From: Haplodiscus bocki
Lineage: Eukaryota
DNA: 64,000 bases
Direction of reading: 5' to 3'
NCBI GenBank assembly: GCA_965655095.1
Contig: OZ296650.1
Location: forward strand, 47,182,001-47,246,000
Shown here one piece after another: positions 47,036-58,039 of the stretch (positions are counted from its first letter, which is position 1; every line of letters starts with the position of its first letter). The notes below the pieces were generated by a model. The model had not been told where the DNA came from. It saw only the letters and a program-made list of their open reading frames with translations, and ran no database searches. Both the position numbers and the translations under genes were made by a program.

Positions 47036-48195
47036 CATGCCATCTTAGTACGTCTCTTACCGTTTAATCACAGCCTTCAATGGGCATGGGTTCAAGTCAA
47101 CATCACCTGAACGGAATAGCAGCAGGAAAAAAGAAAGCTGATGCAAGATTTTTTCATTGTAAGATGTTTATCCGCACCGTGCAGTCGATTGCATGCTATA
47201 TGTATGCTCGAGCGCTGATTGAAATTTTTGAACTTACTTCTTGTTTCTGTCTTACATTTTGACAACACTCCTCTTGAGGATTCATTACATGTCGCTACAA
47301 ACAATAGGAGACGAAACACAAACATAAAGCATTAAAAAATTCACCTGTTCTCAGAATCAATCATGCTCAATTCAAATACAAATAAAACCTGTTATCCTTC
47401 AACGTGTATGCATATTACTGTGGGTAAAGTCTACTCATGGGGCAATCCGCCCGGCCAAGCTCTGGCGTTTCTAGTCAGTCTCTCCGCGTAGGCTAGGTCC
47501 GGCTGATGCGAAACATCGCTTCGCACTGGGCAAGATTTTTCTGAGAACGTGCTTCAAGTGAAGAGGTAGGCAGCACCGTTTCCAAAACACAAATTCGTAT
47601 CATTTTTTATCCGGCAGTGCTATCTGTAAAGGGTAGTTCATCATCAAATAGTGTTTCATAAGTTTTTTATGGATGTAATTTCTCATAGAAGGTTACAACT
47701 CGGATCATGACAGCACTCTTTGAATTTTCTGCCCAACAGTTCATTGAATTCACAAATTCCTGCACTACCCGTTGAGTTTTCGTCTGACTTGAACGAGATG
47801 GACAGTGCAAAAGTTAAATATTATCGGGTGAAACTTTTTATTTGGTGTACAAACCATCTCACAGAAGGTTTGGAACATATAATCCTCCCTTTTACCCGAT
47901 TCTCTTGAGAAGGAGTTTGAGTATTATAGGGGATGGGGGTGTTCACAACGGGGCGGGGTCCTTCGCAAATGTGGGGTTTACAACGGGTCTAATCCTCAAT
48001 TTTATTTGTTGTTTGAACTACATTTTTCAACTCTGTAACCTACTTTTTGTTCACGCAAATAGTTTGTTCATATTAATGTGTACACTGCAATAGATTATGT
48101 AATGTAACATTTACAGCCTTAAAGTTAACTATTCAGAACATCCAACGAGTTAGACAACTTAATTTTTTCACCCAAGTGTGTTCTAAAAAACAACA

Positions 48196-48417
48196 GTGGT
48201 GAAAATCGCAATGTTCAACAAACATCAGCTAATTGCTGCCATAGCTCTTGTTAGCCTATTCCTACTGGCGGCCAGTGTACTTGCTGTAGTGCTCAATCAT
48301 CATAGAAAACCTCGCATGGATGGTAGTGAAGATGTAACAGAAAAGCTACGGGTAACGAGTTCGACAAAAAAGCCATTTCGCTTGAATGCTCACCAAAAAA
48401 CCGAAATTACTGTTTGA
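48196..48417 (+). CDS. Small predicted membrane/secreted protein in the Polinton left arm
   Basis: Hydrophobic stretch LIAAIALVSLFLLAASVLAVVL; probable ATG at 48211. Confidence 0.35.
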   Translation: MVKIAMFNKHQLIAAIALVSLFLLAASVLAVVLNHHRKPRMDGSEDVTEKLRVTSSTKKPFRLNAHQKTEITV

Positions 48418-48985
48418 ATTCAGGAAAATGTGTTCGTCTGACAAATCCTCCAGTGGTAGCAAGTTTTTGCAAATCTCTATATTGTGGTAAAAGGTGTGAA
48501 AAATTTTTATGGTATCATTGACAGAAGCTTTTCCAATCCATCAGATTTTATTGTGGTTCACAGTCGATTTTTTACAGAATGTCTCTTTTTTTAATAGATC
48601 GTTTCTAGAATTCATCCACGGTGCAAAATACCCTCCTGCAGATCCCTCCAGAAACCACTGAAGCTGTTTCGAAGGAACCAGTTTCTTTGTCCTATAACAC
48701 AAATATTCTCATCCAAATAATATCAGCAGTAGTTCTTCTTCACCCGATCACAGCAGCATTTTGACATCGGAGACGCAACTAGCACAGTCCTGATGAAAGA
48801 CCATCGATATTTCTTTGGCCTACATTTTCAAAAAATATATATTTAGTTTTCATAGCCAGGAATACTTTTCAACCAATTACAGCTGAGCGTTTATCTGTTA
48901 CTATATTTATCCAGAGAACGAAATCAGTCTTCACTATCTCGGGTCAAGAAAAAATACCTCATAACGTTTCCATCAGTGCATTGCA

Positions 48986-49582
48986 ATGCTCAGCTCTTAA
49001 CCAGTTGTTATCGATTTCGAAGGTTTTCGTTTGGCAAATTTGAAGGAATTATCAGTACGGGGCGTAGACTACGACAAAAATTTATAAGGACCTACAAATA
49101 TTTCCAACATTCCGAACGCCACAGTCCTGAAACCGTATAATTGGGTAACAAAAACCTTACATGGTCTCACTTGGGATTCTGGTGACTATGATTATTGTTT
49201 CGGCTTCTGTTTCTTCATTAGCCTCAAATTGCGATTCCCCAACATACTGGTGAACGGAAAGGGTAGAGAAAAGTGAGAATTTTTTCCTCACATGATCGGC
49301 TTGGACACGCTAAGCTGTCCAAAATCGTGAGAGTTCAATAACACGGAGGGTTTCATTTGCTTGAACCACCAAAATAACTACCACAGGGACCACTGCGTAA
49401 GAGAAAAAGGCAGCTTGTTCTTCGATTGGCCCACCTTTTGCCAACAACAACAACAACAATATCAGCAAGGACATCCTTGTCAACATGGCAGCGGACCAGA
49501 TGATCAAAGACAACCTACGACTTGTCTTAACCCCGAACCTAACAAATTCGGTATCAAAAATACAAAACGCCACATCAAGTAA
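48986..49582 (+). pseudogene. DEDD-like 3'-5' exonuclease-family gene typical of Polintons
   Basis: One frame with stops: VVIDFEGF...KELSV...WVTKTLHGLTWDSGDYDY...KGREK...LDTLSCPK...HC..EK...FDW. Confidence 0.7.
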
Positions 49583-50339
49583 TCATTTGGACAATTGTTC
49601 GATACTTCGTTAAAGAAGAGTACACAAAAATTAGCGGGCACAAACTTTCACGGAAAACAGTTATCAATAGATCTCCAGCTGACTATTTTCAATTGAAGTC
49701 TAGCGGAAACTCCATAGACTCCTTCGTCCAATTCATTGATAACAAAGATCTCAAACCAACGTCTGCAGAAATTGATGGAGCTGAAAATCCAAACGCCGGG
49801 GCTACCACCACCACCTGATCCCATCATATGATCTAGCATCGATGACAATCTCTTACCCAAACAGATTGCTGAAGAACTCAAATTCATTGAATATAGAATA
49901 TATTGTGGAATTTGCCTATTTGCCCGCATATGGGAGAAGAACGAAATGTCAATACCGAGTGACTTTCAATAAAGGTGACGAATTTAATATAAAGGTATTT
50001 TAAGTATAATTGTGAAAAGATCTGCTTCACTTCATTTAGCTTTGCGTAACTATTCATTTTTTATACGATGGAAGACCGAACAGTTGACTGCGAAGACGGC
50101 ATTAACGTTGAAGATTTTGTATTTGATTGAGAATCATAGCGAAAGGTTCGCTTGGAAGTTCTGCAATTGCACGAAATTATCTAGATCGGAAGTTGTAATT
50201 TCCGAGTGATTACTCTGTTGATTCTCATCATAACTAATCTGATTAAGCGAACCTTCTATAAAGTTCCCTGTGACGATACACCATTTCGGGTATCAGTCTT
50301 GTCAGCTGCAGTTGGTTATATACCTCCTAGCCTACGGTT

Positions 50340-50990
50340 ATGAACAAAATTATTCTCACAAGCGACCGTCTTTTAACGTCCGTTGTTGGTCCTGGTGGAT
50401 CTGGGAAGATTAAACTGATTTTCTCCATGTTAGCTTCCAATACATTTCGTCCCAGTTTCAATAAAACGTTCTATTTTTACAAAGAGTATCGATTTTATTT
50501 AACGAGATGGCTAAAGAACTAAAAATAGAGTTTGCTCCCTGATTCGATTTCAGCATGATCAAGAAGCTAGAAGATTGCCTACTAGTTTTCGATGATTCAT
50601 GCGAAGAAATTTATCAGGAAAAGGAGTTTGTGAAACTTTCTGTTGCCGGAAGAAACAAAAAAGTTCATTGCGTTTTCGTGAAATATAATATTGTTCATCA
50701 GAGTAAATGGTCGCGTAGCATTGACGTCAATACAACTCACAACATTTTGTTCCAGTCACCACGCGAATTATAAAAAATTGATCACTTTGGTAGGCAGCTG
50801 AAGAAAGTTCAGTCCTTACAAGATTGTTATAAGAGTAACTTCGGAACCTTACAGACACTTGTTGATTGACTAAGATCCAAAAACTAGCGAATGCTTACGA
50901 TTTTGTTCCACTATTACAGCACCAGGTGCCAGCATATTTCCTATACCCTCCGAAATAGCCAAAGAAACGATGATGCCAAAATTTTAGATG
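50340..50990 (+). pseudogene. FtsK/A32-like packaging ATPase
   Basis: Walker A VVGPGGSGK, Walker B LLVFDD, AGRNK, ILFQSPR, PYRHLLID. Confidence 0.93.
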
Positions 50991-51530
50991 ATGCAACGAT
51001 AAGCGAAAAAGCTAAGAAACTTACTTTGCTTCAAAGACAGCACAAGTCTTCAGAAAAAGTTGAACCCGATGAAAAGAAGGATAGAAAATTTCCGTCGAAC
51101 CCATTGCAGGAAGAAATCATTGAGAAAAGAGTGCTGAAGTCACTTTCAATGATGAAACCATGGCAGAAAGAAAAAAGCAAAACGAGTCTCCGGAAAATAT
51201 ACGACTCAAACAATATTTCAATAAAAGATGATGGTTTTCTAAAAATTGGCTACAGAGAAACTTCGACTCAAGCAACAAAGTTTCTTCATAACCTGCAACA
51301 ACCAAAAACAGGCCTACACGATCCAGACTATAAAAAACTTCTCGACAAAATTGACATTTCGCCTCATTTGGTACCTAATTCAACAGCCAAATCATAGTTT
51401 CAACCTACAAGCGGTAAGAAAAGGGTTGGAATCAGTACCCAAAAAAAAAACAAAATTCCCAAAAAACGACACTTGACAAGTATCCCTTCCGATGATGCCT
51501 CATCTATCGAGGATCCTGAAGATGAAAAGC
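50891..51530 (+). pseudogene. Polinton hypothetical protein between ATPase and integrase
   Basis: 168-aa Lys-rich ORF (50891..51397) with a frameshifted acidic tail; true start probably near 50970. Confidence 0.5.
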
Positions 51531-51549
51531 ACTCAACGAGACGCTGGGA

Positions 51550-52410
51550 TCATATCTAACTACTACGAGAAAAACTTAGAATTACTCCATCGGAAAGGAC
51601 CAGCAGCTTACGGAAGTATAACCAATTTACAAAAAGCAAATCGATTACCCCGGAAAAAGTTGAAAACTTCCTGAGAAACAAAAATGCTCACACAAAGTAC
51701 AGACAGTTCCACCGAAAGTTTCCACGTCTCAAAGTTATCTCAAACGACATTGATGAAAGCTGGTCCATTGATGCTGCCTGCGTTGACAAGTTAGCCAAGT
51801 AAAATCATGGAGCAAATATTTACTGGTTGTTGTTGACGTTCTGTCACGAAAACAAAGAGTGGAACCCATGCACTCGAAATCTGCAGAGGAAACTGCAAAA
51901 CCCGTTAATCAAATGATAAAAAAGAAGGAACCACGGAAAATTTGGTCGGACAAAGAACTGAATTCAGAGGTTCTTTTGAATGTTTTTGCCGAAAGAAACA
52001 TAAGGTCGTTGAAAAACATTTTCTACAAACATTTGGAGAACAAATTGTCGTATGACTACATGAACGAATTGCAATCATTTGTACAAACGATCAATTCTCG
52101 CGTCAACAGAATGACTGGTTTGGCACCAAATAAAAAATTCGAAGCGACATGTTCCAAAATTAATTTCAGTACAAGCTAAGCAATGGAGGAAGTTGGTTTG
52201 GAAACCAAAATATGAAATAGGCAACGGGGTTCGAATTGCGAAACAATATTTACCTTCCGAGAAAAGTTAGAAGCAAAATTTCACTCACGAAGTTTTTCGG
52301 ATTACCAAGGTTGCAGCATTCAATCCGCCTACGTATTCATTGGCTGCCAAAAACGAAGACATTCAAGGGAAGTTTTATGAACCAGAACTGATCAGAATTC
52401 GCCGAAGATG
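51550..52410 (+). pseudogene. Retroviral-like (rve) integrase of the Polinton
   Basis: GPAAYGS, WSID..VDKL, LLVVVDVLSR, IWSDK, AERNIRSLK, INSRVNRMTGLAP, EVFRI, GKFYEPEL. Confidence 0.93.
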
Positions 52411-53245
52411 GACGAATTTGATATCTACATAGTGTCAACCGCTTCAATGCAAACCTACCGCGACAACAAAATGGCATGTTTTCGCAACGTGCTTTCTGAA
52501 CTCTTGCAGTTGGATGGAGACTGGAGAGTTGCATTGGCAGAAATTACCTTTCCTTCTAGTATCAAAAACGTAACAACCAAGGATTACTTCATTTACAAAC
52601 CTGGCACGGCAAAGAAACTTTGTCTAATCTCAACCGCTCAGCCTCAGCAGGTGTGATAGTTGAACGTCCGAATTTTTCCAGCAACGCAACATTCCCAGAC
52701 GGAGAAAGCATAGAGAAAATATTGGAATTAATGAAAACGGGTACAGTACTCAGCAAACCACTCCTGAAAGCAAGTTGCGGAGAGAAAACGTTTGAGCTGA
52801 AGTTTGCAGAAGGCTATGGCATCAGTGCTCGAGACCGCAGCTTATCGGACGTTTTAGGGTTTAGCGGTATCCCTGACACCAAACGAGGTGGATACTTCAT
52901 CGGAACGCACAAGAAGGTACGAATCAAACGCAGCCATTGAAAGGAGACTTTCCAGCCGACATTCTCTAAGGAACAGAAATCTTTTTTGTTACTTACAACA
53001 TCATCGAACAACAACACGTTGCTCGCGTGAAAGCACCAATATTAAGCGTCATTGATACAGGAAGAAAGCTAACAGACAGTAAGCTCAATATCACATCTTC
53101 TACAACTCATAAAACATTCACAGAGTTGCAATTCAAAAAACTAATTCAGTCAGAGACGTTTACGTTGAGCTGGTCACACCTACTGAAAATTACGTTCCTT
53201 TTGTTGGCGCAGGAGGAGTATTTACAACTTGAAGGTTTAGAAAAT
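52408..53245 (+). pseudogene. Minor capsid (penton) protein
   Basis: FDIYIVSTASM.TY.DN....FRN.L...LQLDGDWRVALAEITFP; NIIEQQHV...KAPIL; VELVTP...VPF. Confidence 0.85.
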
Positions 53246-53254
53246 TTTGAAGCG

Positions 53255-53593
53255 ATGGAAAATTAATATTCACGTCAAGCTATCACGCCACATTTTACCG
53301 GCCTTGCTCGTCAACGAGGTGGCGGGTTTGGATCCTTAGCACTCGGTGTTGGACGTGTTGCATTGCCTTTCGCAAAAAAAGTCCTTCTACCTGCTGTTCA
53401 TACGATTGGTAAAGAGTTAGTCGTCCAAAGTTTGGCAGAAACAATGAAGTTGCTACAAAGAAGAAATCTATCAAACAATCAGCAAAGCTGCCCTGAAAAA
53501 GACGTTCAAAAACGAAAGAAGAATTGGTGGGCGTAGAAAAAACAAACATTCCACGAAAACGCAAGCTACAGAAAGTTCGGTCAGAGAAGTTAA
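53255..53593 (+). pseudogene. Small basic QRGxG-motif virion core-like protein
   Basis: ARQRGGGFGSLALGVGRVALPFAKKVLLPA; Lys/Arg-rich tail. Confidence 0.7.
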
Positions 53594-53595
53594 AA

Positions 53596-54920
53596 ATGTT
53601 ACAAAACGTTCTACCAGTTAAAGCAACGCATAGGTCGTTGGATATATTCGAAGGACCCCTCTTCTGATCACATTCGATACTTCATTTGAGCAGAAGATCG
53701 GACACCTTTATAGTCCCAAAGGACCTACTTAAGAGTTCGAAGTAGTTAGAAGTAAAAGAGATAGAACCAACTTCATCGATTTACTACAGAACATCTACCT
53801 CGAAGTGATGTGCAAATTTCTTCAGCGGGACAGCAGTAACCTTCATTTCACCACTGGAGATGCAGCGGCAAGTGATTCAACCGTTTTCGTCAACAACACA
53901 TTACACTCGTTATGTTCTGACTGCAGTGTCTCTGCAAATGGCATCAAAATTTCTTAATCCAATGGAAACTATGCGCAGAAAGCTTTCATCGAGACAGAGT
54001 TTTCTAATAAAAGATAGGCTAAGGACACATGGTTGAAATGTCAAGGCTATTGCTACGAAAAATCACCAGACACTTTCCTTTCACCGATGCTGTGTTTACA
54101 GAGCGTGAAAACGAGAAAAAACGGTCTGCAGTAGTTACATTTATTGGCAAAGTTGCAGCTGATTTTTTCTCCTGTGATAAATATCTTAGCAGCGGCGTAA
54201 CCCTCCGGGTATCTGTTCTCAGAAATCGTCCCGAACTCTGTTCGATTTAAGATGATGAAGCGAAAGATTACAAGATTGAAATATCACAAGGAAATATGTA
54301 TCTAGGTAAATTGACAGTTTCTGAAAACGTTTACTCTGCAATTGAAAGTGCCCTGACAAAGACACCTGCAGCAATCTACCGATACACGGATAGCATACCA
54401 AAAACTTTTCTAGTTTCGGCAGGTTCGAAAAGCTCGAACCATGAGGACATTTTTAACTGCGAACCAATCCGACGTTTTGCTTCAGCGATGACAACAAACA
54501 AAGCCTTCTTTGGCTCGAAAGCTGACAACCCTTTTCAGTACCAAAGTTCAACCTAGAGAGCATTCCGGTGTACCAGAATGGTTATCCAATTGCTGCAACA
54601 CCGCTACAGCCAGGCAACGACAGAAAACTTTATCTAAATTGTCTCGAGGCTCTTGCATTCGAATCTCACGGCCATGGTTTCCCACTTTCCGAATTTCCAA
54701 ACCACTACGTTTTATTTTTCGAACTAACAAGTACCCAACAGGCTTCTGACGAACATTTATATCCTGGGTTAACCAACGGCTCCATATCAATTGATTTGCG
54801 CTTCTCAGCCGACCTAACAGACAACCTAGAGCTGTTCTTTCTGGGTGAAAACTCTTCAACAATTCACATCAATTCCTCCGGTAAAGTATCGATATACACT
54901 TTTCTCAATACGAAGATTGA
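53596..54920 (+). pseudogene. Double jelly-roll major capsid protein
   Basis: SLDIF, EFEV, NFIDL.NIYL, FVNNTLHSL.SD, NY..KAFIETE, ADFF..DKYL..GV, NPFQYQ, FFELT, IDLRFS. Confidence 0.9.
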
Positions 54921-55367
54921 TGTCAAGAAACGATCGATGAAATTGGTTTATAGAGAGTTGTTAATAAACGTGCACACTTGGCATATAAATTTGAGGGAGT
55001 TTATTCTGCGGAAAATTTCCCTGTTACGCTCACAGAAAACACTTCCGTTATAGTCAATTGAGACAACTCAGAAAAAGACGGAACTGAATGGCTGCTCTAA
55101 TGCAATAGGCAGCACAATTGCAACAGGCGCTGCTTTGGCGACCCACCGGGTGTACCTCTTCCATCTTACAAGAAAATTTCCTGTCGTCTGGATTCGACTG
55201 ACTTCAGGATGAAGGAAATCAATAATTATCAACTTCAGAAACCCACATCTAACTTTTGCGGACTCTACTGCATATACGTTGCTCAATATGTGTTTAGCGC
55301 TTACTATGCTTTATTACCTATGATATCAGAAGAGGAGCTGCTCCGATTTGCTGAGCAAACTTTATAA
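54920..55367 (+). pseudogene. Adenain-like cysteine maturation protease
   Basis: FEGVYSAENFP, VIVN.D.S...GTEW (catalytic His position mutated), FGDP, QLQKPTSNFCGLYCIY. Confidence 0.85.
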
Positions 55368-55719
55368 TGCTGTTGCCACTACTTCTGTTGGCATTAGGAA
55401 AAATATGGAGCATTGCAAAAGTTTTGAAGGCTGATGAAAATCACGTAGTAATCAACAAATTACAAATTTCATTCAACTTATCCATACTGAAAATTGTAAC
55501 TCAGAACTTGAAAATTCATAATTTCAAAAACCTCTTTTCTAATCCGTAAAAACATGGTTCAAAACAGAGGACTGAAAGGAAAAGTCTCAAGTCAGTTAGA
55601 AATGCTAAAATGCTCAGCAAAAGAAACTCACGATCCACTGAAAAAATTGAAGAAACGTTGCACAAATTCCACTTTTTTGTTTGAACTGCAAAAACCAATC
55701 ATGCTTTCAAATCGCCTTT

Positions 55720-56229
55720 CTAAGGCTGTTCCAAAAGTTGCAGCGCGATTTTTAACAGCTTACCTCTATTGAAAATCGGTAGAAAGTGAAACACTTCAAA
55801 TGAAATATTTGAGAAAAGTACAACCCTAATTGAATTAGTGGAGAGTTTGGTTGATTTCGCGGGTGCTTTATTCTGGAACCACTTTTCGGGTCGTTTCGGC
55901 GCTCCAACAGTATTTCTTCTGTTTCCAGGTTGTGGTCCCATGTTAATGTTTTCCGCGTTGTTGATCAGCTCTTGAAACTCAGGAACTGTCAGTGTAACAC
56001 GCTGATCGCTGTAAAATTCGCCATCCGCTCTCTTTTTAAAGAGTTTGAGGAAAAGACAAGTTCCAGTAGTTCTGTAGGTTTTTGTAGTGACCCTCAATAA
56101 TTTTCTTTCGGTTTTCGAGACGTCGACGAAACTCTCTCCGAAATCTTTGTCGATAGAAGAGGTGAAAGGACGACTAACTTTAATTGAGTTAAGGAAGGAA
56201 GTTGAAAAGTGGAAATGAGATTGAGACAA
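55720..56229 (-). CDS. PC4-like ssDNA-binding protein (tentative), opposite strand
   Basis: LLRVTTKTYRTTGTCLFLKLFKK...QRVTLTVPEFQEL resembles the PC4 fold pattern; largely uninterrupted. Confidence 0.5.
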   Translation of the reverse strand: MSQSHFHFSTSFLNSIKVSRPFTSSIDKDFGESFVDVSKTERKLLRVTTKTYRTTGTCLFLKLFKKRADGEFYSDQRVTLTVPEFQELINNAENINMGPQPGNRRNTVGAPKRPEKWFQNKAPAKSTKLSTNSIRVVLFSNISFEVFHFLPIFNRGKLLKIALQLLEQP

Positions 56230-56777
56230 AGAAGTTAACTAAACAAAGAATCAAATTTTAAAACGAATGAACTTTGGGTTCATGCGTTTACCTTGAGACC
56301 TAGTTCAAAATCATCAATCAAAAAATTGAATAAATCTAGGTTAATTACTAGCAAGCGCACACCGTACAAACCATAGCAACCAAAAATAGATTGAACACAT
56401 CTGATAGGAGCTTTTGTACAATCCCATCACAAAGAAAAGATATACATCGAAACATTAAACTTCAATTTTTTGTACACATGGTCAACTTGAAAAAAATAGG
56501 ATGTCCAGACCTTGTTTGTATTCCAGCGTGATAAAGAAAGTAGATGTGTAGACTTTGTTTGAATTTCCTCACGAAAACGTAAGTTTTTCGACAGGCAAAA
56601 CAGTTGTGTGAAATATGTCATAATCTAACAAAACACACTTTCTATTTTCATCAAAAGTGACCTGCTATCAGGTTCTGATTGCGTTAACTATTCTATCATA
56701 CTTTATTTTACGACAAAATCAACTACTTGCTTTTGAAAGTCTTCGAAACATTTATTCCGAAATGAAAATTGAAATTC

Positions 56778-56997
56778 AAACTTTTACTGACTGTAGAAAT
56801 TTTACTAAATACACATTTTACGAAATTTGGTTCAATGATAAAATTATTGGTATGGAGAAAAAATGATGGACGAAGATTGGCAAGTTATGACTTGCCAATC
56901 TTCGTCCATCATTTTTTCTCCATACCAATAATTTTATCATTGAACCAAATTTCGTAAAATGTGTATTTAGTAAAATCTCTACAGTCAGTAAAAGTTT
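56778..56997. repeat. 220-bp near-perfect palindrome (108-bp arms, 4-nt loop, 1 mismatch)
   Basis: 56778-56885 is the reverse complement of 56890-56997 except at one position; loop TATG. Confidence 0.98.
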
Positions 56998-57044
56998 AGT
57001 ATCGTTACTAAAATCCTTACTGAAAATCCTAAAACTGAAAGCAT

Positions 57045-57158
57045 CGGCTCCAAGAATTTCTACCAGTCTTGGAAACGTCCTAACGTCACCTAACAACTAT
57101 CCGGGTCCAAGAATTTTTACCATTCATGAAAACGTCCAACGTCAACCAACAGTTATCG
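57045..57158. repeat. Two imperfect ~57-bp tandem repeats
   Basis: TCCAAGAATTT.TACCA.TC.TG.AAACGTCC.AACGTCA.C.AACA.TATC occurs twice. Confidence 0.85.
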
Positions 57159-57910
57159 AGCAAAAACAGTCGATCGCTTAGAGTTACCGACGCAGGTCAA
57201 AAAAGTAAATTTTAAGTGAGATTGTGAAGAAATATCATTGTCGGAGGATCCGATGGGGTACTTCAGCGACCTAGACACTCTTGAATGGTTCTGGGATATA
57301 GTCAAGGAAGAAGATTTTCAAAGGACGAAAGAAGTAACACCTCCATCTTCTTTCGAGACACCTGTCAAAAAAGCACTACAGGAGAAGGTGAGTTGTTGGT
57401 TTATCAAGAGCCAAAAACAGCGGGAAACATTTCAAATGGTGATGTTTTTACATGTCAACGACCGAAGACTCCTGAAACAATGAGTTCAAACGAAAAAAGA
57501 GTCCTCCAGCTCCGAAGAAACCCAAAAAAACAAGAGGGATTTATTTGAGTTTGGGAACGATCCGATTCCTCAGAGCTGTGAAAAGGAGAATCTGAAAGTG
57601 GTATGAGCAATCAGATATTGTAGTTTGTTATGTTTGATATGTCAAAACTTTCGAGTTAAACTTCTTCTTTTTTATTTATTTCAGTGTTGACAAAAAGTAA
57701 ATTCCGTTTTGCGCCAGCTTTTTGTATCACTTCAAGACAAAAGTCTCCTTCTGAAGGACTTTTTCTCCCGAAGCAGGAAATTCAATTTATGCATTTGTAA
57801 AGACAGAAATGACAGTGAACTCTAAATAAAAGAGATCAGCTGAAAGGTTTGTGGCAACATATCACAAGCAAGCGGCCAGCTCAAAAGGAATTTCAAAATC
57901 AAACTTCCTT

Positions 57911-58030
57911 AACCAATCAGAGAAAGGTTGCAATGCAGATCTAAGGAAATAGGATTGCAAAATGACTGACTATTTCAACCAATCAGAGAATAAAAGCAGT
58001 TGCAACAAAAACTAACTTTGCATATAAATC
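57911..58030 (+). promoter_or_regulatory. Putative pPolB promoter: duplicated CCAAT boxes and TATA
   Basis: AACCAATCAGAGAA at 57911 and 57977, TATAAA at 58023, ATG at 58040. Confidence 0.45.
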
Positions 58031-58039
58031 ATTCTCAAA

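Noticed and set aside
47900-47990. G-rich stretch as the Polinton left TIR
   Set aside because: No matching inverted copy found near 62-64 kb.
56657-57096. Mirror-image ORFs on both strands
   Set aside because: By-product of the palindrome.
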